From assembly GCA_965223295.1 (NCBI GenBank), contig CBDCWC010000003.1, forward strand, positions 896,001 through 960,000: 64,000 nt of DNA, given 5' to 3'. Numbering within the stretch: the first letter of the stretch is position 1; the number at the start of each line of letters is the position of its first letter. Below the pieces are notes generated by a model. It did not search any database, had not been told where the DNA came from, and saw nothing but the letters and a program-made list of their open reading frames with translations. Of this stretch, positions 9,522-18,624 are shown piece after piece. Made by a program: the position numbers and the translations under genes. The DNA is from Nitrospirales bacterium (GTDB lineage Bacteria > Nitrospirota > Nitrospiria > Nitrospirales > UBA8639).

Positions 9522-9584
9522 CATAACCCAAAGGTCGAGGGTTCAAATCCCTCCCCCGCAACCAAGAACATAGAATTGACTCTC

Positions 9585-9622
9585 AAGCCCTTGTCGGGGT
9601 CACCGACAAGGGCTTTTTTTTT
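9585..9622 (+). terminator. Rho-independent terminator after the tRNA
   Basis: aagcccttgtcgg-ggtca-ccgacaagggctt followed by a T tract. Confidence 0.9.
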
Positions 9623-9917
9623 GAATAGATCAATACGATATTTCGTCCTCCGAGAAAAAAAGATCCAAGTTTTCGAGGTTCCCAAGGGCATTCATTATCA
9701 GCAGGACGAGATAAGGCTCATGATATAGTATTCTTATATTTTATGAACCGTTCAATCTTACACCAATTTTACATCCCTCTTCGAAGCAACGTTCCTATAA
9801 CGGCAAAGTAGCTCTAAACGGTCCTAAAAATTTATCACCACAATATTTGACGTTAGTCAGAAGCCGAAAATTGTTTAGAATCGGAAGGCTAATTATTCAA
9901 AGAAAGACAGAAGTCAC

Positions 9918-11234
9918 TTGAAACGGATCTTTCGTATTGCCTGTATCTATGTGCCAATCGTGGCAGTGCTTGTGGTTCTAGGAACTGTTTATTTCGGCAT
10001 GGAGAACCAACCGGCAGTCACCTCGGTGAAAACCGTGACCACAGACGATGCCACACGTGCTCGGGCTTTGGCTAAACGGATTATCAAAGAAGTTCTTCAT
10101 GCTACGACTACAACAACCCTCATGTTAAACGAGAAAGATGTGGATGGCATTTTTGCCCTGATGAACCGGGCCGTGCCGAGGTTGGTTGGTGATGCCACCA
10201 TTTCCAGCCAGGGCTTGGACGCGGCCGTGACGTTTCAGTTACCCAGGAATCCACTTCGCAACTATGTGAATCTTCGTTTTGGTCTCAAGCCCTCAGCGAC
10301 CGGCCTTGATCTCGAGACAACGTCTCTTGGCCAAATCCCAGTCCCTGGCCCCCTGATGACATTTCTAATCCAACAGGGCGTCAACCTTACACTCGGCGAC
10401 AGTACCGGGTCGAAACTCATCCAGTCTGTCACGGCAGTGGAGTTTGAACGAGATATGGTGAAGTTTCAGATTGAACCCATGCCAGATTTGCGTGGTCGGT
10501 TAAAAGCCCTCTCAAAGAGCTTGGCCAAGGTGCGCAATGAAGTGGCGCTTCTTGGAAACCAGGAAGTCATTGGCCTCTATTATGCCAAGCTCGTCGAACT
10601 GGACAACATTGGCAGGGAACCTGACACGGCCTCGTTGGCAGATGTGTTGGGACCGCTTTTCCTTTTGGTGAAAGACCGTTCCAAGCTCGACGATCCGGCA
10701 ACTGAAAATCAGGCTGCGCTGTTAGCCTTGGTGCTGTACTTTGGAGACGCGCGCTTCGAGCGGTTAACGGGTCCCGTTCGCCAGGGTGCATTAAGAGGCC
10801 ACATTCCTCGCAATCGAGGGATTCGTTTGGGTGGACGTCGTGACTTGTTATTACATTTCATCATTTCCGCCGGGTTAAAATTGGTTAGCGATCAAGGCGT
10901 TGCCATGGCCATCGGAGAATTCAAAGAGCTGCTTGATTCTGACAGAGGAGGCACGGGGTTTAGTTTTGTTGATCTCGCCGCCGACAGGGCTGGTCTCCGC
11001 TTTGCAGAAATTGCGACTGGTCCAAATAGCGGTGCGCTCCATCTCATAAATGTTCTTGCTGGCAAGACAGATGAAAAAACATTTTTTCCCCATTTTCTCG
11101 ATCTTCCAGAGGGTCTATCCGAGAGTGCTTTCAAAAGCCGTTACGGTGACGTGAATGATCTCCGCTATGCATCGATAGTCGAGGAGATCGACAAGCGCCT
11201 AGCAAGAGCAGAAGCATATGCTGTGAGTTACTGA
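9918..11234 (+). CDS. Conserved hypothetical membrane-anchored protein
   Basis: 438-aa ORF, N-terminal TM, C-terminal 'HF..SA..GEFKELLDS..GGTGFSFVDLAADRAG' block. Confidence 0.75.
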   Translation: MKRIFRIACIYVPIVAVLVVLGTVYFGMENQPAVTSVKTVTTDDATRARALAKRIIKEVLHATTTTTLMLNEKDVDGIFALMNRAVPRLVGDATISSQGLDAAVTFQLPRNPLRNYVNLRFGLKPSATGLDLETTSLGQIPVPGPLMTFLIQQGVNLTLGDSTGSKLIQSVTAVEFERDMVKFQIEPMPDLRGRLKALSKSLAKVRNEVALLGNQEVIGLYYAKLVELDNIGREPDTASLADVLGPLFLLVKDRSKLDDPATENQAALLALVLYFGDARFERLTGPVRQGALRGHIPRNRGIRLGGRRDLLLHFIISAGLKLVSDQGVAMAIGEFKELLDSDRGGTGFSFVDLAADRAGLRFAEIATGPNSGALHLINVLAGKTDEKTFFPHFLDLPEGLSESAFKSRYGDVNDLRYASIVEEIDKRLARAEAYAVSY

Positions 11235-11580
11235 ACTACGAATATTATTATGCCAAACCAACTTGACAGATTTCATTCACTCATATATCGAATCGGTAAC
11301 GCTGTTCCGCTGCCCACTAACAAACACTACCTACCCTCTTTTCGTGTCGATTATCCTGATCATCCAGTGGAAATGGCCAAATAAGGTCCGTGAAATTTTC
11401 CTCCTTTCACCTCAAGTTCTATTTGATAAATGTAGAGAAGATTTTTCCTTTTCTTTTGTATATAACCTCGTCCGCCCCGGTGAACCTTCCTCGTTAAAAA
11501 CTTTATTGCCTTCGCTTCGATCTGGACTGCCATTTATTACTACCATTTCAAATTGGGCTTTCTGGCAGATTTAGTAATTA

Positions 11581-12400
11581 AGACAAAATGTAACCAAAAT
11601 AGATCTTTACAAATCGTTTGAACAAATTCTCCGTTCGATGATTAAAGCGATATTCGATTTCTTTTAGGTAAATCGGAAAATGATATTTCGAGACGCCCCG
11701 ATAGTGATAGAGAGTGCGTTTAGCGTAACTCCAAGATCCTTCGATCCGGTTAATGTGGTTCTTGACCCGTCGGCGACTGACGAATGTCTTTGAATGGTTG
11801 ATCGTATGATGTTTTCCATAGCGTTTCAAGGATTGGTACCCTCGAAAGGCATCCGTGTAGTAGACCGCCCCCTTCTGTGTCTTGGCTTGAATATGCTGCA
11901 TCAGTTCATCCGCACTGATGGATTCGACGACTTTGGTGTAGACGAGGTTTTCCCGCTCCAGAAGCCCAAACACGACGCTTTTCCCGGCCACAGCTCATCC
12001 ACGTTTGCCCTTCCGTTTTCTTCTAAAGTACGCTTCGTCCAGTTCAATCTCACCTTTGAGCTTACCCCCCTCCAACTCGGTCAGATGAAACAGGGCTTCT
12101 CGCAGTCATTGGTAGACGCCTGTGACGACTTTGACATCCACGCCCAAATCCTGGGCCAACCAAAAGGTGGGTCAGAGTTGATAGAAGCCCTGCAAGATGG
12201 CAATCTCTCGACGCAGACGACTCAGGCTTTTGCTCTTCCCACACTATTGGCATTTCACATACCCGCAACTGGTGTGCAGGACCCTAGGAGCCACAAAAAA
12301 TGCACTTGCGGCCTCGCAAAAAGTTGGCCGCACAACTAAAAACCGTGTTTCGTCCAGTGCTCATGCGCCTGTTCTAGCACACACTGGTTACGAAACGCCC
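11581..12400 (-). mobile_element. IS1595-family (ISXO2-like transposase) element, frameshifted
   Basis: 'YYTDAFRGY', 'HINRIEGSWS' and 'YLKEIEYRFNHR' motifs; the N-terminal part is in another frame; imperfect ends (..gtaacc / ggttac..); TAATTA on both flanks. Confidence 0.8.
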
Positions 12401-12501
12401 TAATTACCTACTAATTTACAGGGTTGAATTTTTTAGTCCATTGTGGCCAAATAGGCTCATTCAACGGAACAGATCACCCCTAGCACTCTGTTCACTAAAA
12501 A

Positions 12502-15500
12502 ATGCCTACCATCTACATCTCCTCCACTTACGAAGACCTGAAAGACTATCGGCAGATCGTGTTCGAGACACTGAGAAAAAGCGGGTATGAAGTCAAGGCC
12601 ATGGAAGAGTACGTGGCCTCGGATCGGCGACCCCTGGATCAATGTCTCAGGGACGTCGAGGAAGCCGATCTCTACGTAGGCCTGTTTGCCTTTCGATATG
12701 GTTATGTGCCTCCTGAGGGGCATGGCAACGCGAACAATTTATCAATTACCGAACTGGAACTCCGGCGAGCCGAAGACCTCAACAAACCTTGCTTAACATT
12801 TGTGATGGACAACACCACACCTTGGGCTCGAACATTTGATGACGCACACACAGCTGAGGACAAGGGCGAACGCATTCAAGCCTTGCGCCAGAACTTGCTG
12901 AGAGAGAAGCTGTGTAGCACATTTTCATCACCCAATCAGCTAGCAACCCTTGTGCTGACCGCTGTGACGAATCACTTTAAAGATAGGGAAAAAACTGATC
13001 GTCCTATAGCCCCTTCCATTTCAAAATCTAAAGGATCAGAACTGGAAGACAAACCCGTCGCTCCGATAATAATCAATACCTTTCCAAATGAAGTGCCGAT
13101 TAAATTTTATGGCCGTACCAAGGAAATGGATGTTTTGCAAAGACATTTGGCAGATAATGTAAGCTGTTTGCTAACAGTCTATGGGAGAAAAGGTTGTGGT
13201 AAAACGACGACTGTTTGCAAGGTTTTACAAACGATGATTGAGGATAGCCAAAGTCATAGTAGCAAAGAGAGGACTTCTATAGACGGGATAGTGTTTGTTA
13301 AAAATCGAGAGTCTCAGCCTGTGAGTTGGTTGACGATTTTTTCAGAAATACAAAACCTTTTGCCAGATCAAGAGAAAAGCCAATGGGAAACACTTTTTCA
13401 GATACAGGAAATCCCTCTTCAAAAAAAAATAGAACAATTGTTAAAGATTATTTCGCAAAAACGAATTGTGGTATTTATAGATCCTTTTGGTCCAATGGTC
13501 GATCAGGTTAATGGAAGTATTCGGGATCCCGATTTGTCTGAGGCCCTTCAAACTCTTCTGGAGACCCATGGGCACAGAATTAAAATTATCCTAACTTTGG
13601 AAAGTCCGTTGACGAAACTGTCCATGGTTAAGCCCTCACGGCAAGCATTTATTAATCTAAAAGATGGCCTTGGTGAGATTGAGTCGGAAACCATGCTCAG
13701 AGACTCTGATCACGATGGCTCTATCGGGCTCCAGAAGGCAGATCCACAAGTCATTGGAGAAATCTGCACAAGATTAAGAGGAAATCCAAGAGCTTTGATC
13801 AAATTAACGACTCTACTTCGGGTGAATCAAAGTATGAGGTTGAGTGATGTTAGTAACCACACAAAAGATCTACTTCCTCAAGAAATACTGGATGACTTAG
13901 TTGGGCAGGTATTTAGAAGCTTAGATACGCATAGTCGTATGGTGCTCCAAAGCATAGCAATTTTTGGACAACCTATCCCCAGAGAGGCAGTTGAATGGGT
14001 TCTCCGCTCCCATATCTCCCAAGATGTATTACCCGACCTACTTAATTCTCTGGTGAATCGTCGTTTGGTTAAAATGACCACAAAATGTTTTTCCTTAGAC
14101 TATGATGATCGTCAGTATGTCCTTTCCACTATACCAAATGTTTTTGGACAAACTTCCAAAAATCAGAGCAGTCAGGATTTTACAAGGGAGGGTTTGGGTC
14201 GCCTTGCGCGCAAGTATTATAGGAGCAATCGGGTACCTCCAGAGCAATGGAAATTTTTTAGCGATTTAGACTGTTATTTAGCTGAATTTGAGCTATTGAT
14301 AGAAAGCCGTATCTTCGAAGATGCAGTACAAATCTTATTTGAAATTGAGAATTGGCTTTTAAAAAATGGGCGAGATGACACCGTTGCTAAACTCTATTCA
14401 CAGATAAATGAGGAATGCTTGGAAAGTGAATCCAAACTTCGATATGCCAATAAACTTGGTAACATATACCACCGGTTAGGTAAGTTGGAGAAAGCGATTG
14501 CTTATTATCAAAAGGGGTTGAACTATACGCAGCATTTGAAAGAAAGAGAGAGGAAACGAAATGCTGAATTTAGATATTTAAGTAATTTGGGCATTTGCCA
14601 TAAAGAAAGTGGTGATCTGGATCTTGCAATTGCCTATTGCCGACAGTCTTTACATCTTGCCCAAGAGTTGAAAGATACCTCAAAGCAGGCTCATGTATTA
14701 AATACACTAAGTGACTGCAGAGGAAATATAGGTGAGATTTCTCAGGCTATAGAGGCATGTGAAAAAACTTTAAGTCTGGCACAATCTTGTGGATCGGAGT
14801 GGCAAGCGGCCTTAGCTCTGACAAACCTTGGTTTATATCATGGAGAACTCTGTGCTTTTGAGAAAGCCGTAGGATACTCTCAAGAAGCACTTTCATTATC
14901 ACATCTTATAGAATATCGGTTGGGTGAGGGGGCTGCGTTAATCAATCTAGGAGAAATGAATCTTGTTCAAAAAAAGTTTTCTGAAGCAATGACTTACTTC
15001 AACAAAGCCACTCAACTTTCTGACACGATAAAGAGAGCTGAACTCCAACAGAAATCCAGGGTGGGATTGGCTCTAACGCATCTATACAATGGAACTATCA
15101 AGATAGCCAGTGATTATTTACGGGAAGCCTGTGTGTATGAAATAAGAGGGTTTGATTTTTATGCCCTGAGCATCCAAGGAATTGTTGCGTTTGTTCATGG
15201 GGAAAATGACCTGGCAAAAGACTCATTTCATAAAGCTATTACTTGTGGAGAACAGATGTTGAGACGAGAACCGCGTTTTTATCTTGCATGGCTTGGAAAA
15301 GGAATTGCCCATTCTGGATTGTCTATAATAGAAAGGGATGAGTCTCATGCCGATTTCGCCAAAAAAGCCTTTCAGAAAGGAAAATACATTAACCCCAATA
15401 TTGGGATAATGAAAAAAACACAAATGGTGCTTGGGAAACTTGAAGAAGCTACTCCTATCCAGTTTCGACATGACATACAAGAAATAACCGGAATGGCCAG

Positions 15501-15504
15501 CTAA
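12502..15504 (+). CDS. DUF4062 (TIR/NDT-like) - STAND-type P-loop NTPase - TPR protein
   Basis: 'IYISSTYEDLKDYR..RYGYVP..SITELE' N-domain; 'FYGR..E', Walker A GRKGCGKT and 'GNPRAL' motifs; C-terminal TPRs (SNLGICH, TNLGLYH, INLGEMN). Confidence 0.85.
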   Translation: MPTIYISSTYEDLKDYRQIVFETLRKSGYEVKAMEEYVASDRRPLDQCLRDVEEADLYVGLFAFRYGYVPPEGHGNANNLSITELELRRAEDLNKPCLTFVMDNTTPWARTFDDAHTAEDKGERIQALRQNLLREKLCSTFSSPNQLATLVLTAVTNHFKDREKTDRPIAPSISKSKGSELEDKPVAPIIINTFPNEVPIKFYGRTKEMDVLQRHLADNVSCLLTVYGRKGCGKTTTVCKVLQTMIEDSQSHSSKERTSIDGIVFVKNRESQPVSWLTIFSEIQNLLPDQEKSQWETLFQIQEIPLQKKIEQLLKIISQKRIVVFIDPFGPMVDQVNGSIRDPDLSEALQTLLETHGHRIKIILTLESPLTKLSMVKPSRQAFINLKDGLGEIESETMLRDSDHDGSIGLQKADPQVIGEICTRLRGNPRALIKLTTLLRVNQSMRLSDVSNHTKDLLPQEILDDLVGQVFRSLDTHSRMVLQSIAIFGQPIPREAVEWVLRSHISQDVLPDLLNSLVNRRLVKMTTKCFSLDYDDRQYVLSTIPNVFGQTSKNQSSQDFTREGLGRLARKYYRSNRVPPEQWKFFSDLDCYLAEFELLIESRIFEDAVQILFEIENWLLKNGRDDTVAKLYSQINEECLESESKLRYANKLGNIYHRLGKLEKAIAYYQKGLNYTQHLKERERKRNAEFRYLSNLGICHKESGDLDLAIAYCRQSLHLAQELKDTSKQAHVLNTLSDCRGNIGEISQAIEACEKTLSLAQSCGSEWQAALALTNLGLYHGELCAFEKAVGYSQEALSLSHLIEYRLGEGAALINLGEMNLVQKKFSEAMTYFNKATQLSDTIKRAELQQKSRVGLALTHLYNGTIKIASDYLREACVYEIRGFDFYALSIQGIVAFVHGENDLAKDSFHKAITCGEQMLRREPRFYLAWLGKGIAHSGLSIIERDESHADFAKKAFQKGKYINPNIGIMKKTQMVLGKLEEATPIQFRHDIQEITGMAS

Positions 15505-16385
15505 AACCCTAAATAAGCAGTCTTTGGAAAGTGCCCTGTAATCCTGTATTTTTGGATTCTGACATCATCCCAGGTATCGCTAATTTGAATAGCTCGATTT
15601 ACCTCTACTTGGGTGGATGGGATCTTATGATCAGCAAGTGATAATGCTCTAGAATTACGAAAGCTTGATGTGAATTGGACAAGAGAAGGCTTGTTCCACC
15701 CTCCTGATTCATTTAGTGGATTACTCACCCGATCAACAAAATCCAACACCCATTCATAGGCTATCTGAGTATTTTCGTTCGGTAGGTCCGAAAGATCTTG
15801 AACAAGAATGGGTGAAGTATCAGTACGAGTACTGGAGACAGGGGAAAGGGTTGAAATTATATAGGGTCCTCTTCCAGGATTTTTCTTAATTTTAGCTAGA
15901 ATAGCTTGGGCCCGATTATAATTATAATGATCCAGAACCCACTGACTCCACCACCTCAAGTTTTCTTTTGTTGTTCGCTTCGAAGGCGCTTGAGGAATTT
16001 CCTCTGCTATAGGTATATACGTAACATTCAAACTCTCACGAGGGCTCCCCAGCTTCTCCAACCTTTCTACATTGGGAATTTCTCGAAGGCATGCTGCTAA
16101 GACCGACTGAAAGAGTCTAAAATTCTCTTGTGTTGGTGGAGCTTCTAAGAGTAGGTAACTATAAAGTCCGTATCCCTGCCCCTCCGGCTCATTACCCACC
16201 AAGAGGGCCTGACCCGTTTGCAATCCCTTTTCCCCCACCGCCTGTGTCGTGAAAGCCTTTCCAGTACAACCCCATGTTCCTGGCAATGCAAGAATGAGGA
16301 TTAAAGAAGAAAAAATGTATAAAAAGGCCCATCGATTCAAAGCGATAAAAAGAAAAGGGGTTGTTGCTTTATTAAAAGGTGGCAT
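15501..16385 (-). CDS. Hypothetical protein, possible lipoprotein
   Basis: Hydrophobic N-terminus ending TWGC; converges on the STAND gene with a 4-nt overlap. Confidence 0.65.
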   Translation of the reverse strand: MPPFNKATTPFLFIALNRWAFLYIFSSLILILALPGTWGCTGKAFTTQAVGEKGLQTGQALLVGNEPEGQGYGLYSYLLLEAPPTQENFRLFQSVLAACLREIPNVERLEKLGSPRESLNVTYIPIAEEIPQAPSKRTTKENLRWWSQWVLDHYNYNRAQAILAKIKKNPGRGPYIISTLSPVSSTRTDTSPILVQDLSDLPNENTQIAYEWVLDFVDRVSNPLNESGGWNKPSLVQFTSSFRNSRALSLADHKIPSTQVEVNRAIQISDTWDDVRIQKYRITGHFPKTAYLGF

Positions 16386-16623
16386 CGATATTAAGCACCT
16401 GATCTATACACAAGAAAAAGACACTCCCGTTCTGCGTGGGAGCAGAACTATCAGTACGTCTCTGGAGCTTCATATTTTTTACCAAGTCACTCTGATTGCT
16501 TCTCCCAGTCAACATACGGGGTTTAAACTCAGGTTTGATCCCTCCTCTTTTTATCCGTTCGAGAGAAAGCCCCCCTCTTTTTAAGAACAGGGCTTTACTC
16601 TCGGAGAAACTAGAATGGGCAAA

Positions 16624-17565
16624 TCAAACTGGACTTTCTTGCCCGGGCAGAGGTCGACTTGCACTCTGGCGCTCAGACTGTTCTAAGTTAAGGTAAATGT
16701 CTTTCGCATTGGATAGACAAACGTCATTAAGATTTTTTAGTCGATCTTCATTAATGGGATGTTCATCCAAAAAGTCAATTTCTTTATTGTTCTTATCAGG
16801 ATCTTTCTGCATACGGCGCCAGATACCTAAGGCTTTTTCAGGGTCATACCCTGCCTCAGCCGCCAGCTCTAACCCAATACAATCTGCATCCAATTCATCC
16901 TGTTTGTCCCAAACCATACGTGATCCCACCACATACCCTACCCCCAATGATCCGGCTAGGGGTAACATGATCTTAGGATCCATTTTTTTAGGGTTGAGGG
17001 CAGACCCAGCCATGATCCCACCTGCTCCCAGAGCTGCGACCGTATCTTTACTAATTCGCTTAAGTTCGTGTCTTTCCAAGGTGTGGGCAATTTCGTGCCC
17101 AAGAATCGCCGCTAGAGCTCCCTCGTTTTCGGCAGTCCTAAATACACCTTCGTAAACAGCAATCCCGCCACCTGAAAAGGCCTTGGCGAGTTTCTTGTTA
17201 TCATCTTTAATAATATTGAGTCGCCAATCAAAATCTTTGGCAACCTTTGCATACTTCGAATTGCGCTTAGCAACCTTTTTCAGCTGATCAAAAATGTTCT
17301 TGATCTGCTCCACAATCTTCTTATCCTCTTCAATTTGTTTCGCCTTTTTGCGATCAGAAATTTCCATATCATAGAAAGCATTTCCCAATTTGTACAATAA
17401 AGACGGAGGCATCTGGCTACCAGCTTTCCCCAATAGTTCTGATCCCAACTCAGAGGAACTGGATGTTCCTCCAACTGGAAGTCCAGGAAGATTTTCGCAT
17501 CCAAGAAAAAAAGAGGAAAAGAATAAGACTGCAGAAAAACCTAGCAGAAAGAAAAGATTTCGCAT
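16624..17565 (-). CDS. M48-family zinc metallopeptidase, lipoprotein
   Basis: HEIAH zinc motif, 'ELDAD.IG..AGYDP', lipobox FFLGC; likely start MRNLFF after a GGAGG SD. Confidence 0.88.
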   Translation of the reverse strand: MRNLFFLLGFSAVLFFSSFFLGCENLPGLPVGGTSSSSELGSELLGKAGSQMPPSLLYKLGNAFYDMEISDRKKAKQIEEDKKIVEQIKNIFDQLKKVAKRNSKYAKVAKDFDWRLNIIKDDNKKLAKAFSGGGIAVYEGVFRTAENEGALAAILGHEIAHTLERHELKRISKDTVAALGAGGIMAGSALNPKKMDPKIMLPLAGSLGVGYVVGSRMVWDKQDELDADCIGLELAAEAGYDPEKALGIWRRMQKDPDKNNKEIDFLDEHPINEDRLKNLNDVCLSNAKDIYLNLEQSERQSASRPLPGQESPV

Positions 17566-17903
17566 GGGATGACCTCCGTGTCTTGAGGGTGAAGAAACTT
17601 CTTGAAGTAGAATCACTTCATTATCATTTCTATGGAGAAATCTTAGGAAAGTCGGCGAATAATAGCAATGTTGCTTTTATTCTGTTAGTTCAAGAAGAAA
17701 ATCCGTTGATTTGAGAAAAGCAAGGAGTTCATAAATTGGGAAATTCGACCGCCGCTCCCTTTCTTGTCTATATTTAAACAAAATGCTACCATTTTTCTCG
17801 TTTAGTTCATTTTTAAGGTATGCAACTCACCTCAATGATAACTCTGTGGCCTTAAATATCCCGATATACTTTGTAGTAGAAACCCCGTTGAGGAGTTCTG
17901 CCA

Positions 17904-18512
17904 ATGAAAAATCCTACTTCATCTTTTCAATCAGGCTCGCAGTCTAGAAGTGCCAATTCCCCCGATTCGAAAGACGCCTCAAAAGGAATTAATGTGCAGT
18001 ATGAACAAGTTGAAAGTCTAGATAAGGTCAGAGAGATCCTTTTTGGAACTCAGGCCAAGAATTTCGAAAACCAATTCCAACGGTTAGAAGACAGAATAAA
18101 TCGTGAAGCAGAAGAAATTAAAGATGATCTGAAGGTTCGTCTTGATGCATTGGAGAGTTTTGTGAAGAAGGAATTGGAAATGGTCTCACAACAGGCGAAG
18201 GCGGAACAAGCACAGCGATTAAACTTAGAGACTAAATTCTCGAAGGAAATAAAGGAATTGCAGAAACTTGTAGGAAGTAAATTTACCTATGTTGAGGAAC
18301 AGTCATTGAAAGGACACAAGGAACTTCGGCAACAAATCCTTGATCAAAATAAAACATTGTCCAACGAAATTCAAAGCAGAAACAATTCCTTGAAGGAGTC
18401 GCTTGCTCAGGACAATCAGGAGCTAAAAGACGTCAAAGTAAGTCGAGTATTGTTGGCTGAATTGCTCATGAATTTGGCGGCAGACTTAAATGACAAGGTT
18501 AAAGTTTCTTAA
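17904..18512 (+). CDS. Coiled-coil protein (first gene of the small-GTPase module)
   Basis: 'LDKVREILFG' followed by long heptad-rich helices; GAGGAG SD. Confidence 0.8.
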   Translation: MKNPTSSFQSGSQSRSANSPDSKDASKGINVQYEQVESLDKVREILFGTQAKNFENQFQRLEDRINREAEEIKDDLKVRLDALESFVKKELEMVSQQAKAEQAQRLNLETKFSKEIKELQKLVGSKFTYVEEQSLKGHKELRQQILDQNKTLSNEIQSRNNSLKESLAQDNQELKDVKVSRVLLAELLMNLAADLNDKVKVS

Positions 18513-18624
18513 AGCATACCCATGCCTCCTTGATATGGCTGAGTTGGGATTCTCTTTGCTTTCCTAAAACCTGAATCTTTTTAATTTGGCCAATGTTGCC
18601 CCCTCCTGAAAATAGATAGGGCGT

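Larger units (their letters stand above)
8831..9564 (+). tRNA. Initiator tRNA-fMet (CAT), intron-split: exon 1 8831-8864, exon 2 9522-9564
   Basis: Joined exons read CGCGGGGTGGAGCAGTCTGGTAGCTCGTTGGGCT|CATAACCCAAAGGTCGAGGGTTCAAATCCCTCCCCCGCAACCA, with the C1:A72 mismatch, three G-C pairs in the anticodon stem and an encoded CCA. Confidence 0.96.

Noticed and set aside
9462-9728. Short ORFs over the intron 3' end and tRNA exon 2
   Set aside because: They overlap structured RNA and a terminator
11794-12403. Plus-strand ORFs within the IS1595 element
   Set aside because: Antisense to the transposase and without recognisable motifs
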